In this document: piece by piece, positions 24,041 through 37,150 of the stretch
Layout: every line of letters begins with the position of its first letter
How positions within the stretch are numbered: position 1 is the first letter of the stretch
Assembly (NCBI RefSeq): GCF_009834535.1
Contig: NC_045697.1
Span: 76,138,001-76,202,000 of the forward strand
Direction: 5' to 3'
Origin: Camelus ferus
Taxonomy: Eukaryota
Length of the DNA stretch: 64,000 nt
Notes under the pieces: generated by a model
What the model was told of the DNA's origin: nothing
Databases searched by the model: none
Seen by the model: only the letters and a program-made list of their open reading frames with translations
Translations under genes and position numbers: made by a program

Positions 24041-24549
24041 GTTCCTTTTCATCAAACGGGGGGGGGGGGGGAAGGGGGGGAGGGCGGCATTCAGAATGGC
24101 CAGAGGGTATTTTCTAGAAGTCAAAGAGAGCTTAAATGACAACTCCTATACCCCCCTGTTTGTGTTGCAACTAATTCGAATCCCATTTACTCCTTCATAT
24201 TAATTATCTGGACTCCCTGAGTCATTTGGAGCTCAGCTCCAGGTGTCCTGGAGATTAGGAGTTCGAGAAGATGGGAATTTTTGGAACAGTAACTAGTGGG
24301 GACCGTTTACTAGAAGGGCCGAGAGTAGGTGGCTGCGTTCTGTGTTTTGCGGCAAATCTCCTTTGGAAACACTGTTTCTAACGAAATCACCCAGAGCCTT
24401 ATTCTATGTGCGTGGCTGTTTTCCCTCCTCGTGGCATGCGGGCTGTTGGCTGATTGTCCTTAGCATTGCTGCAAATCGTCTGATGAGATGCACTTAAAAG
24501 GTGCTTTCCTAGAAAACATTTTTTTAAAGCTTGGTCTGGGAGGGAGATT

Positions 24550-26950
24550 GACATTTCCACGTGAAGTCTGTCTCTCCAGGGAGGAAAGGCTGGGAGACGC
24601 GGGAGGGGCGAAGTAACCCTGGGAAGACGTTCCTCCTTTCCTACAGGTTCGGCAAAGTTCCAGGCAAAGGTATTTCTGTTGCGGGGAAGTCTCTTCTAAT
24701 TCGTGTGGGGGCTTCTATTAACATATGCTGCCGCCTCTTGGGGCGCAAAGTCCGGGATGTGGTGGGTGCCGCGCGGGAGAAACACCGCCGCCCTCCGCCC
24801 CCTTCCCTCGGATGTAAAGGCAGGTTGTTCGTGTGAACTCGAGCGAACGACTGGAGGATGGCTGTTGCAGGTTCACTCCTTCAGGATGTGGGTATCAGGG
24901 GGCGTTTTGATGTGATTTAATTCCGACCGTGAAACAATTGCCAGGGGCTGGCTGGATTGCTGTTGGTTTTTCCCCTCTTGGTGGCTTTGGTTGGTTGGGG
25001 TTCAGTTTGGGAGCGAACAGTGACTTGTTTTATATCAACACTTCCTTCTGCGCCGGGCGCCGTCAACCGCGCTGCGCGTGGGGGGCGAGGCGCCCACCCC
25101 GCGCCGGAACAGAGGAGAGGGGGCGGCAGACACAGGCCTCGAAGCCCGAAGGGTAAACGCGGCCCAGCCCCCCACGGGTGCCGGCAGGGGAACTAGGAGG
25201 TTGACCCCCTCCACAACCCGCTTCTCCACCCCACACACCAGAGACCCCTCCCCCTGGCGATTTTGCTGCCAAGTCAAGTCAGCTACAGACACTCAAGTGA
25301 GTCCTTAATTACAGGGAGGAGGGAAAAGCGCGGTGCCCTTCAGAGCCCTTTCCGCCTCCTTGGTCCTAACCCCCCGCCCAGGCTCCCGGTCTCCCCCTTT
25401 GTGTCGCCTGGACTCTCTCCCAGCTACAACTTTGGTGGGATCACAAAGGAAGGAGATGGAGGGGGCCTACGGAAGAGAATGCTGGAAGAGAGAGTAGCGA
25501 GGGTGAAGGACTAGAAAAACGAATAATGTGATTCCAGAGACGGAACTCCTGCACCCTCGATTTCCCACTCCAGCATCACCAGGGGACTAAAGCTGTGGGC
25601 ATCTTCAGTTTAACGGACTTCTCGGAAAGGGAGGGGTGGGGGCGAGGGAAATGGCAGTTTGTGTCCCAGGGGTTCTTCCGCCTCTTCTTGCCCCCACCTA
25701 AGACAAACTCAACCCCCACACCCACGGGGGGTAACAGAGAACTCGTGGGACCGTGAAAATGTAGTTCCCAAATCCGGCCGCCTGCGGACGCCGGGCTTCC
25801 GCGAGCCGGCGCCGGTTGGCGTCTGCAGCTCCTCAGAGTATCGCGGGGTCCGCCCACGGATCCCGCCGCGCCCCTCCAGCCCTCCCGCGGCTTCTCCCGC
25901 GCTCGTGCGAGTGGGACGTTCGGCGCCCGCGTTTCGCTGGCTGGGAGGGCCAAGGCGCGCCCGTCCAAGGGGGCGGGTCCTCACACGGCGGCCCGCAAGA
26001 GAGGGCCCCATCCCACCCTACATCCTGTGGGTTCTGCTGGCTGACCCTCTGCCAACCCAAAGGAGAGGGCCCACGTCCCGAGGGCGCCCAGAGGGAGAGG
26101 AGGCAAGTTGGGGTGATCGCGGACAGGAAGGAGGGGACGCGGGGCATACTCAGAGGAGCGGCACGGGCCAGTGTGAGCTCCGCCACGCGCCCTCGCCGCA
26201 CGGCTCGGCGACGGGAACCCCTGTCAACCCCCGGCGGGAACCCGGGCTCCCGTGCAGAGGAGCCGGCGTTATGTCTGGAAGGGGATCCCAGATTGGAATG
26301 GAATGGATTTGGGAGCTGGAATACATTTGCGGGCCGCAGGACGGCTCGCCTAGCGAGCTGGACGTGAAATTCATTTCCCTCCTTTCTGAAAACTTTTCTC
26401 AGGCTCCTTAACTTGGCGTGCGGACCGGCCTCGGGCTGCGGCGGGTAGCGCAGACCTGGCGGCTCGTCCTTTGGTACCTCCCTCCGACGCCTGTCCCCCC
26501 TCCATCCACCCTCGGGCCGAGGACGCGCGCGGGTCGCCAGCGCAGAAAGGCCGCCCGCGTGTGCGAGCCGCACCTTATATCCGCGGAGGGCGGCGCCTGC
26601 GCAGGGCCCGGCGCGGCGGCGTGGCCTTTGAAGTCTCGGCGGCTGCCGCTTTCATCCTTTCTTTTTTCCCTTGCAGGCCCCTTTGTGTGACTAAATTTGG
26701 CAAGAATATGGATCCGAGCCAGTCTTTCCACGTGTGCTCCCAGCTCCCAGCTGAGAAGGCCAAGGGTTCTCTTCCGGGTAAGGAGACAGGGAGAAAGATC
26801 AAAGAGTTTGGGGAGCTGGATCTGAAATGTGAATTGAAAATAAAAATCAAGCCTGGACACATTCCAGTTTCTAAAGCAAAACCAACCCTCAGCAGAGGCC
26901 GTCTCTCTAGAACTCCCCCCCCACCCCCGCCCCGCTCCCTATACTCTCCC
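24550..26950. promoter_or_regulatory. Second CpG island upstream of LEF1 (LEF1-AS1 region)
   Basis: High GC/CpG content over ~2.4 kb; TCF/LEF site CCTTTGAAG at 26625-26633. Confidence 0.85.
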
Positions 26951-27519
26951 GCAACTATTCTTGAGCACATGGAATAAAGTAAAGAGGACATAGGGAAACA
27001 CTTAGTTTCTCCAGATTTTACTTTGCAGTAATTTTATTAGGGAAAATATCTTGTTCATAATTACCATTATGTGAAGCCGAATTTCTTCAGCCATAAATAT
27101 TGTCTTATTTCAGTATATTTCACACTTTCTTCTGCGACCACATTTGGGAAAAGAACGTTGATACAACACATGTGCACGTGTTTGTTGTGTAGAGTGCTGC
27201 TTTTTCTACACACCGTAAGGTGTGCCGCTTAGTTTCCTTGCACAGAAATCTGGAAAACAAGTGTTAAGATTATTTTTACCAAAGCACTAGTTGTCACTTC
27301 TGGTCTTTATGATTTGAAATCTGATTGACAGACTTTGGAAATATTCTCTTACACCCTGACTAGCCAGAAAGTTTCTGTCTTTATGGTAAAAAACAAAACA
27401 AAACAAAAATAACTCTAAGGCCTCTCCTTGCATACACTTCTTGAGCAATATTCTGTTGTTTCAGAAGTAACCAATGTAAAGAGACAGCTTTGAAATCGTA
27501 TAATGCAAAAAATCAGAAA

Positions 27520-27700
27520 TCCTGGGTTGAAGGTAGGTGCTGCCACTTGCTTGCACGCTGTGGTGACCTCAGGCAAGCCCTTTAACCTCTCCCAGACTCA
27601 GTTTCCTTTCTGCAAAATAAGTGTAATAATAGCCTACTTGACATGATTGTTAGAAAAATTTAGTGAGATATTGCATGTGAAAGTATGTACAAATGTAAGG
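27520..27700 (+). mobile_element. MIR SINE
   Basis: ctgggttgaa...tgtggtgacctcaggcaagccctttaacctctc...ctcagtttcc...gcatgtgaaagt. Confidence 0.75.
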
Positions 27701-27885
27701 TAGGAAGCAACGATGATTCTTATGGAGACTTGTAGGTGTCAAACAAAAAGCTTCTAAAGCATTAGGAATCTTTACCACAGGAGCAAATGCTGATAGTTTC
27801 ACACTCATTCATTGCTGTGACCATCTCCACATCTGCAACACTTGTGTTACAAAGGCACAAAAATCACCTTAGCATTTGTTACCCC

Positions 27886-28472
27886 TGTTGCTGGAGAATA
27901 GGTTCTTGCCTCACCCAGGAAGGAATTCAAGAGCAAGGCATAGTGAAGTGAAAGTAAGTTTGTGTAGAGAGATACACACTCTGTAGACAGAGTGGGGTCC
28001 ATCTCACTCAGAAGAGAAACTGGCTTAGAAGATACGTACTCCATAGGTAGGATGCAGGCCATCTCAAAAGGCAAGAGGGAGAGAGGCTGAGAGGTGTGGG
28101 TGTGTTTGGTTTATAGTAAAAGTAGATACACACCCAATAGAGTGCGTGCCATCTCAGAAGGCAAGAGAGAGTGACCACGAGGTGTGGGGTTGTTAGTTTT
28201 TATGACTGATAATTTCATATGCTAATGAGTAGAAAGGATTATTCCAGCTACATTGGGAAAGGGGCAGAGATTTCCAGGAATTGGGCCCTCCTACTTTTTG
28301 GCCTTTATGGTCAACCTAGGAACTGTCAAGGCACCTTATGGGTGTGCCATGAGGCTCAGTGTCTACTAGGAGTCAAATTTCCCACCATCTTGGTTATAAC
28401 CAGTTTGTCTTGTCCTCAATTGCTGTGTCATTCCTTCATTGTTTGTGCCCTGTCCCCTTCCCTCCTGTCTCA
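27886..28472 (-). mobile_element. Solo ERV1-class LTR
   Basis: TG...CA termini, near-matching 4-bp flanks (cccc / cctc), three internal degenerate repeats (agatac...ccatctca), octamer-like atttcatatgctaat; general ERV1 LTR texture. Confidence 0.75.
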
Positions 28473-30759
28473 CCTCCAGACTGTGATGAGAGAAAGAACA
28501 TTCCAGAAAGAGAGAGAATGTGCCTTAACTGTCCCTCATGTTTATGATAGGCTCTTAATGAATTGATAAATGAATGAATAAAAATGACATTGAGTGTAGA
28601 ATAATTTTTGTGAGGCATATGACACAACTCACAATAACTCTGTGAACAGCATTGGGAATGTGATGGCCTGTGAAAGGAGTAATATACGTATGGATAAAAT
28701 ACTCAAAACAAGAACAGAAATAAGAACACAGGGGAGTGACTAGAAAGGTGTATAAAAGATATTCCTTAAGACTGTGTAAATCCCACCAGAATTTATGTTT
28801 CAGAATAGAATGTGATTATATCCCTTAGGTTGAGGCATCTCAGGTTTACAAGGCAGTGAAGATGATGGCTGGGGCCGGGTGTGAAGTGACAGGAGTACCA
28901 CATGTGTAGCACTTAGGGCGTTTTGCTGCATGTGCTTCATGCGTGATCCTTTCTAACCTAAGGTAACCCCCTTGATGGAGTCATTTCCTGAGCTCCACCT
29001 CCCAGTATAAACTTTTCACTGTGACCTGTGTACAAGGTGATGAAAGCAAGAGTAAGGGGTGGTTTCCGGTGTTCCGGTCTCCTTTTACTGTGGCCCAAAG
29101 CTGCCCAGTACAGAATCTTTCTGAGATGTTCCAGCTCTTTTGGCTGCCTCTGCTAGCAGCAACATGCAGATTTCACAAATAGTGTTGAAGGGACTCTATA
29201 GCAATGGGTGGTGGGGTGGGGAGCAGCACTTGGCGGGTAGGGAGAGGACCCTCTATTTTTATCATATCTTTCTGCAAATGTCCCAGGTTAGATGTGATTG
29301 CTGATCAAGTTTACCAGTCAACTTCAGTCCTTCCTTTCACTCTTCTTTATAGATGGCAGCCATTATGAAATTTATCCTTGGATGAAAGAAGAACATGGAC
29401 CAAGACACTGGGGGTTCTGTCTTATTTTGGGGGACAGTGAGGAGGCCCTGAAAATACTCAAGGAGTATCCTGGGCCCTCCTAAAGAAAATAAATTCTCTG
29501 AAGGGGGAGGCATGGCTAAAGGATTTTTCTTATTTTCACAAGTCTGTTTCCTCAGTGAATATGGTAATAGGGATGTTTCTTGAATTTTGGTAAGTGTACT
29601 TAAGATGGATGGCCTCTGTAGTCTTCTCAGGCTCCCTGGGCTGTAGGGGCAGGGCTCTGGGCTCTGTCAGCTTTGGGCCAGCGCCTAATCCCTGGTCTGA
29701 GGCTAGAAGCCAAAGCCACAACCTTCTTGCCTGAAGGCAAGAGCAGTACCAACAGAGCCATATGGAGATTAATGCAGAACAAGGTCATTAGTCTCATTGT
29801 TTATCCAGTTACTTGCAGCACAGATTTGTGTAAATTTCAGCTACAGTGGTTGCAGCCTGCCTTTGATGTGTGTAATCTGTACATTTTAGTGCTCCAGGAA
29901 AGTGCCTGACTGACAGGAACTACATCCAATGCCCAGAAAACACATCTACACAGGCACAGTGAAGCATGGAGTCGAACAATTTTCCAGTGAGTTCCATCAA
30001 AGTAAATAAACCAACCTGGAGGGTCAGGATTGAGCCTCCTTTTTATCAAGATGAGACTTTTGGAGGTCCTTGTGACTGATTTTTATTTATTTTCATTTGA
30101 AACTCGGTGCCTACTTCAAACGTCCATTTACCTCTCAGAGAAGGAGGGACTTGGCCTACATAACATTTGACCTTGAGGATGCTTTCTTTACTTGAAATAC
30201 TTCTGTCTATAAAAGCAGCCTAATTGAGTGGAGTTTTCTAGACTAATTTATACGTTTATTCAAGACACAGCTTCTAGTTTTTCCTTAGCTCTGTCTTCCA
30301 TGTGCAGCTATGCTTAAATTAAACTCAGAATTAGCAATTATGGGAGTAATTCAGAAGGTAGACAGAGCCAATGCAAATAGGTTAGGCTACAAAATTGTCA
30401 TCTGGCTCAACGAAACACTTTTCTTTGGCAAAAATAAAGCTAGTTTGCTTGATTTGAATCTGACTTTAAGGTCCTGCAGTCCCACTCTGCCAATTACAGA
30501 TCTCAAGTCCACTTCCCTTAGGTTAAATTGGCAGAAAGCAAGGGACAGAGATAAATTACTGTCCTCTGAAGTTTGATGGTGATTTTTGACTGCCAGTTCA
30601 GATAACTCTGTAGACTCCCAAATTAATTTTGAGGCTTGAATTATCCAGATATTTGACCTTTGCCATTCAAATTCTCTGCGTAATTTTTAGATTATTTTAC
30701 TCTGTGTTGCAGGAACAGCAAATCTCCAGTGGCTGAGTCAGACAGCCCTCGTAAGATCT

Positions 30760-31380
30760 CTTTTCACTATTGCAGTAGCCTCCTAGCTGGCCTCTGGCTT
30801 CCACTCTTGCTGGGTTCCTCACATGCCCCACAACAGTCCATGTGTCACAGAGCAGCCAAAGCCCTCCTTGAATGTTTCCTTGCCATGGTGGCTTCCAGGT
30901 CACTACATGAACTGGCTCCTCAGCTTTGCCTTCTACTCCTTGTTCACTGCTCTCTAGACCACTGACTCTCCTGCTGTTCCTGAAGTGTGTAAAGTGTTCA
31001 TGCATGCTCACACGTGCGCGCACGCGCACACACACACGCTCAGTCCTTTACTTGTTGCCTCTACCCAGAAACTCCTGGCCAGGTCGATACTGGCAGGACT
31101 CACTCCTTCATGTTTCTTTTCAGATGACCAGACCTTGTCATCTTAAAAAGTAGCCCACCCTCACCTCACCTTAACTCTGGGTACTCTCCATCTTTTACAG
31201 GCTTCATCTTTCCTCACTCTCACTGCTGGCCATACTTTTTATACTTATGTATTACCTTTCTCTCCCACTAGAATGTAAGTTCAGTGAGAGGAGGGACTAT
31301 GTTTTGTTGTATCCCCGATGCCTACAACAGTTCTTGGGGCACAGAAAATGTACTAGATACGTATTGCATAATGAATTCAT
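30760..31380 (+). mobile_element. L2 LINE 3' fragment
   Basis: ttgcagtagcctcctagctggcctc...cccactagaatgtaagttc...gagggactatgttttgtt...aatgaat, the typical L2 3' end. Confidence 0.8.
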
Positions 31381-31511
31381 ATAACCTTTGAACCTTCTGG
31401 GTCCTCATCTGTAATACATCCCTTATGGGAAATAAGGTACTTACATTTGGTATAAAATTACCTGGCACATAGTATGAACACTGAATGGGCAGTAGCTATA
31501 ATTATGTGGAT

Positions 31512-31795
31512 CAGTACTGCCAACACAAGTATAATGAAGTCATATGTAATTTTAAATTAAAAAGCTGGAAAGAAACAGGTTAAATTAATTTTAATAATAT
31601 ATTTTATTTAACCCAAATACCCAAAACATCACCATTTCAACATGTAGTCATTATCAAAACTTATTAATGAAAGACATCACATTATTTCATACTAAGTTTT
31701 TCAAATTTGGTGTGCTGTCCACTGACAGCACTCTCAGGTCAGACTAGCCCCATTTCGAGGGCTTAGTAGCACATCTGTAGTAACACGGCTGCAGC
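31512..31795. mobile_element. hAT-Charlie MITE (MER33-like)
   Basis: aaagaaacaggttaaattaattttaataatatattttatttaacccaa...atttcaacatgta...agactagccccatttc matches the MER33 consensus as recalled. Confidence 0.8.
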
Positions 31796-33318
31796 TGTAA
31801 TCTGTCAGCCCTTTAATGACAAGTTTTTGTCTGGTTCATCTTTGTAGCCCCCATGGTACCTCGCACAATTCCCTTGAAACAGTAGATGATCAAAAATGTA
31901 TCAAAGAATATTATAACAATATGTTATATACTATTTTTCATGACAAATACAGACTTTCAACTTCATTGGAGGGTGAAATAAGTCTGTGAACTAGTTTGAA
32001 CTTGTAATCCGTCATCTTAAGTGTACCGTAATAGTGCTTTGCACAAAATAGGGGCTCAATGAATAGTTGTAGTTCAAGTGTGTTCCTGAATTGTTTCTTT
32101 GAGTATCTTTCTACGTTCTAAATAGATTTACTATTGAACTTTGGGAGATACGTAAGTTGAAGATTTTCTATATCATATTTTTGAGAATGACTGCAAAACT
32201 GCTAAACTCGAAGCTCTTTAGGATCAAAGGTTTGTCAGGAAATATGTAACGTGGAGAGCTCCCACTCCCACCCAGACTTCACTTTCAGTTCTGCTTCCTC
32301 AGTTGCTTCTTGGCCACACATGGGCCGGACAGTAAATCTCCTTTTGTCCTGTGCCTGGAGTTTTCAACTAGAATACCTTCATGGGGCATTAGCCTTAGGC
32401 TTAGGCAGATGGTTTATAGTTGCAAAGATCATTTCAGCCATTTCAGAGATTTAAACCCTTATGCAATAAAGAGAGCAGAGTAATTTCCTGAAAGAAATGG
32501 GTAGAGAATCTTATGGTGAGGTATCTACTTTAAGGTCTTGATGTACCTTTGTAGTAGAGAGGCATTACTTGGGTATAAGTACATGAACATGTCATCTTTT
32601 ACTGTGACTTTGAAAATAAGCTATAGATTCTTTCATCAAAAGTACAGAGAATTAAGGATTAAACTGATGCCACCACTAAAGTGAAGGGTGTTTAAGGGAT
32701 AACAATTATGTTAACAATGATTCCTGAAATTATTTTGCCAGCAAGAAGATCAGGAAAGATATATTCAAAAGACTCTTAATGAGATGTTTGTAGAAATGTA
32801 GGTTATAACTTTGAAAGTTCTAGTTGTTTGAACTGGGGGATTTATTAAGTTAATTCTAATATAGCTGTACTGTGGAGCACTATGTAGCTGTGAAAATGAT
32901 GTTGTAAAAATTTTATTCACTTGGAGAAATGTTAGTGATATATTGCTAAGCAGAAAAAGCAGATCATAAAAGAATAAGTACAGTCTTGCCTTATTTTAAA
33001 AATCCCTCTGTACATATCATTTATTAGCATGTAAGTCTATGAGGGTGGGCACTGTCTTGTTTGCCACAGTATACCTGGTGCCTAAAACAAGTCCTGCAAC
33101 ATAGCGGGCACTCACGATGTCTACTGAATATACCCATAAGTGTAGGCACTAAAATCCTGACTGAAGTTTTCTCTGAACGGTGGAGATATATGGGTGGTTT
33201 TTATCTTCTTTGTGCTTTTAAAAACATTTATATGCAATGAATCAATATTAGTAGAAGAAGAAGATAAAAATATTAAAATGTAAGATGATGAAGAAGATTT
33301 TAAAAATAAAAGAGCTGC

Positions 33319-33465
33319 AGGAGGAATGTATAGCTCAAGCGCTAGAGCACATGCCTAGCATGCACAACGTCCTGGGTTGAATCCCCAGTACCTCCATCTA
33401 AAAATAAAATAAAACAAAATAAAACAAACAAACCTAATCCCCCCAAAAAAGCTTAATTAAAAAAA
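33319..33465 (+). mobile_element. tRNA-derived camelid SINE (Vic-1-like)
   Basis: ggaggaatgtatagctcaagcgctagagcacatgcctagcatgcacaacgtcctgggttgaatccccagtacctcca + A-rich tail with aaacctaat motif shared with the 7.4 kb copy; Pol III A/B-box-like sequences. Confidence 0.9.
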
Positions 33466-35459
33466 GTAAGTTTATCTTTTAAAAAGAGAAATGCTGAATT
33501 GAAACACCGACCAAGTGAATTCATTGAAATATCTGTATTGCAAATTGTTTTTCAATGCAATAGATGAAATGATGTTTGTGGTCCCAACAGACGCAACAGT
33601 CAGAAAAGGGCTTGGGTGCTCCAGACGTGGATGTTTGAGGGAGGAGACTGGGGAGGGTAAGTTGAGAAGGAGGTGATGGGGTGAGTTCCAGAGGCAGCTT
33701 CATCCCAGAGGATTGGGAATGTGAGGATCTTTGTGGGTGTAGAAACACAGCACAGCAACACAGCAGATTTGTGCTTGCCCCTCGCACATGCCTGCTGAGC
33801 TTAGCATTCCTTTGGCCTCTGTCTGATCTAGTCCACTGTATACATGAAGTTGAACACAGCAAAAAGGAGGGTTTCTTGGCTGTGGCACAAAACTGAACTT
33901 GTTGGGGGGGAAAAAAGCACATTTCCTGGATTTTTCTTATGGGAAGTGTTAAAATATAGAGACGGGATGTAGTCTGATGTTTTTTCCCCTTATTGTGAAA
34001 TAGTTGACATTCTTGTCTTCTCTGTCTCTCTCTCTCTCTTTCCTTCTCTAACATGAAGATAAACCTAGACTTCCAGGAAGGGGAAAATTTCATTAACTTA
34101 AACATGGGTTCAAACGCCCATGCCAGTACTATCTGAGCAGTAAACAGGTCAGAATTGTCCGAAAGAGGCCTGTGGAATGAACTGCAGTATGGTTCAGGTC
34201 AGACGACTTCTTAGCTAAGTGTCAGAACTTCTTGGATCACTATCCTGGTAGTCCAGAGAGACGTGGCATGCTGTGAGGGAAATAAAAACAATCATGTGAA
34301 AACAACACTCAGGACTCTGTCCAGGTGTGACTGCAGAACGCCCCACAGCTGCTGTCTGCTCCTCGCTGCCTTTCATCTGTCCCCCTTTCCGCAGGGACCC
34401 TGCAGCATGTGTGGTGTGAAATCACTTGATAAACTGTTTCCACTGGTGAGCTATGAGAATTTCATAGTTTGACTCCTGAAAATGAAGGGAATTAAAAACT
34501 GATAGGAAGGATGATTTGGTGCCCAAGGTGGTGAATTGGTCGCCAGAAGGAGTCACCTATGTAGGAAACACCTTTGCATAGTGTCTGTGTAGGTAACAAA
34601 TTATAATTGAGCTGAAAATTGAGATAATAAAAAAGATTCATTTCTATAAGAAGGTCATTTAGAGAGCAACAATTAAAATTAAGTTAGAATCTGAGAAAAA
34701 GAAACAAGAAGTTTACTTAATAACTAAATACTCTCTTTTGTTTCGCCCCTTCACTTGTAAACCAAGGTTTGGTATTTGTTTTCCATGTAAGAATTAATGC
34801 TCTATAATTAATTATATTCACTATTCCAATAATAGCAATAGCAAAAATGATCTTTAAATGAAAATCACCATCATTATATCTATTTATTTTTTGATTAAGT
34901 GAAAAAAACTTGAAAAACAAATGGACATTGTGTATTAGTTACTGTGAATTTTTCGCTTACTGTGGTTTATTTTTTTTTAAAGCCTATTCTGTTTCACATA
35001 ATGCTTGAAGTAAATTACATTTTCTGCCTCTCATATTTGAATACAGGACTGTTATCTTATGGTTCCCAGCACTATGGGAGAAACATCTTATGGAAGTAAC
35101 TCTTTCAGATATACCATCTCTTTCTGCTCCTTTTTTCCTGAAGAAAAAAAAAAAAGAAGAAAAAGAAATACAGAAAACAACAATAATTGCATTTCTAGCC
35201 TAGGACTAGGACTAGGATCCTTTCAGTACAGCTGCTCTCACTTCTAGTTAACCAGGGGATGAGTGAGATCCTGTTTCCTCATAGTTTCTTCTGGTCTCGG
35301 TAAGATGAAAGAAGAATTTACAATCAAATAAAAATGATACTGCAGACATTATAACTCATTTATATACTTAAAAAGTCAGGATTGTTTTCAGATCAACATG
35401 ACACATTTAATTTAAAAGGAAAGAGCAATTTCTCTTTATTTTGGTAATTTTTAAAAATA

Positions 35460-35575
35460 GGTTTTATTTTTAATTTTTTATATTGAAGTTTAGTCAGTTT
35501 GCAATGTTGCATCAATTTCTGGTGTACAGCATAATGTTTCAGTCATATATATACATACATTTATTTCTTTACATT
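35460..35575 (-). mobile_element. Short 5'-truncated L1 3' end
   Basis: T-rich tail then tattgaagtttagtcagttt...caatgttg...aatttctggtgtacagcata...ttcagtcatatatatac. Confidence 0.7.
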
Positions 35576-36139
35576 GTGTGTGAGTCAGTAATTATGCTCA
35601 CAGCCTCTGATGCTGTTTACACTGTGAGCACGGATGAATGTTACTTTTATGTTCATCCGTTGTGTCGAGATACTGGATTTAAATGGAACTAGCTCCATCA
35701 TCAGGTTGGACATAATTCAGGAGTATTGCTTGCTTTTCTTCTTCCTACTGTCTCCTTTCTCCTATCTTCTAGAGTATTGGTGCCTCACCAAAAGGGAACA
35801 GGAGATATGTATTTACTGACTTATGTAAATTATGTACAAGCTGCTTACCACAGAGACTACAGATGTGGAATATTCACCAGATATACTACACATATTATAG
35901 CGTGCAGCTAATATTTTGTTCATGTAAAAGGTAAAGCAGAAAATTAAACCAATTATTAAATATCTTAGGCAAAACACCCTACTGTTGAAGAAAAAGCTAT
36001 TTTATTAACCTGAATTAATCAGTTAATAAATTGAGCAGAACTAATATTCAATTATACTTAATTTTGTCAGGAAAAAAAAATCAGACCTTTCTTTTGGTTC
36101 TAAACAATGCTAAAATCAACAGAAAGAGAGTGGCAAATC

Positions 36140-37150
36140 TAAGTACATTCGTCTTCCCCATTGTCTCTTGAACACACTGTGGACATACTTTTGACCCCAG
36201 CTCTCCACCAGAACTGCTCAATCTGATGGTCTGTTCTCAATCTCCTTGTTTGACCACCATCAGCATTTGACACAGCTGATTACTCTTTATTTGAACACTT
36301 TCTTCACTTGGCTTCCAGGATAACATCAGCTTCTGTTTCTTTCCTGGTCTCCTGGGCCACCACTCCTGGGTTTCCTGGTCTCCTGGGTCTCCTCTGCTTG
36401 TTCCCCATATTCTCCCTGACCTCTAGTTGGTGGGGTGCCCCCATGGCTCAGCCTCTCAGCCCCTGCTCTTCTATCTAATTCATCCCCTTGATGACCTCAG
36501 CCAGCCTGCCTTTAAATACATTGTAGAGGCCAGCAACTCTTAGTTAAATCTTTGGCCTAGACCTAGCCCCTAACGTACAGACTTGCACATCCAGCATCTA
36601 CAAACTTTCCATGTGGGTGTCTGATGGGTATCTGAGACTTGACATGTTCAAAACCCAACTTCTGGTCTTTCGCCAAATCTGCTTCTCCACAGTCTTCTCT
36701 GTCTCAGGAAATGACAGGTCTGTTCTGCTGCTGCTCAGGCCAAAAACCTTAAATTTATCCTTATATTCACCCTTATATTTCCCTGATTTCCTCATATCTA
36801 GTCTATCTACAAACCTTTACCTGTGCAGTATAACCAGAACCACCTACTCCTCTCCAGCCTGGTTCAAGTTGCCATCATCTTTCATCTGGATTTTGACAAC
36901 AGCCTCCCAACTGGTCTCCTTGTCTCTGCCTGTTGTATGCAAAGGTGCCAAAGGGATCCTCTTAAACCTGAGTCAGTTTAGGTCTTTCCTCTGCATGGAA
37001 CTCTCCAGTAGTTTACAATTTCACAGCGGTCCACAAGGCCCTATGTGGTCCCCGCCCACCCCTGACTTTCTGGCTCATCTCCTACTGCTCTTCCCCTTGC
37101 TTACTGAGCACCAGCCCTACTGGTTTCCTCGCTGTTTCTCGTAGACACGC
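36140..37150 (+). mobile_element. L2 LINE fragment
   Basis: cagcatttgacacagctgat...cttcacttggcttccagga...gggtgtctgatgggtatctgagacttgacatgttcaaaac...agcctcccaactggtctcc. Confidence 0.85.

Larger units (their letters stand above)
20700..26980 (+). ncRNA. LEF1-AS1: Probable antisense lncRNA locus (LEF1-AS1 / LEF1 NAT ortholog); boundaries unknown
   Basis: Inferred from synteny with human plus plus-strand splice signals: donor CAG|gtgagc at 22103/22104, donor CAA|gtgagt at 25296/25297, acceptor at 26676/26677, donor CGG|gtaagg at 26777/26778. No transcript evidence available. Confidence 0.45.

Noticed and set aside
25576..26991. 130-250 aa ORFs in the second CpG island
   Set aside because: Same GC artefact; Arg/Pro/Gly-rich with no domain signature.
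27965..28200. Spaced direct repeats resembling an array
   Set aside because: Degenerate internal repeats of an LTR in a mammalian genome; not CRISPR.
33319..33396. tRNA-like sequence (also at 7410-7483)
   Set aside because: Degenerate stems and A-rich tail (plus a TSD on the 7.4 kb copy) mark these as SINE heads, not tRNA genes.
33521..34105. 194-aa minus-strand ORF
   Set aside because: Includes a (GA)n-derived ERER tract and looks like random sequence; no supporting exon structure.
36611..37144. 177-aa ORF
   Set aside because: Lies entirely within a degraded L2 element.
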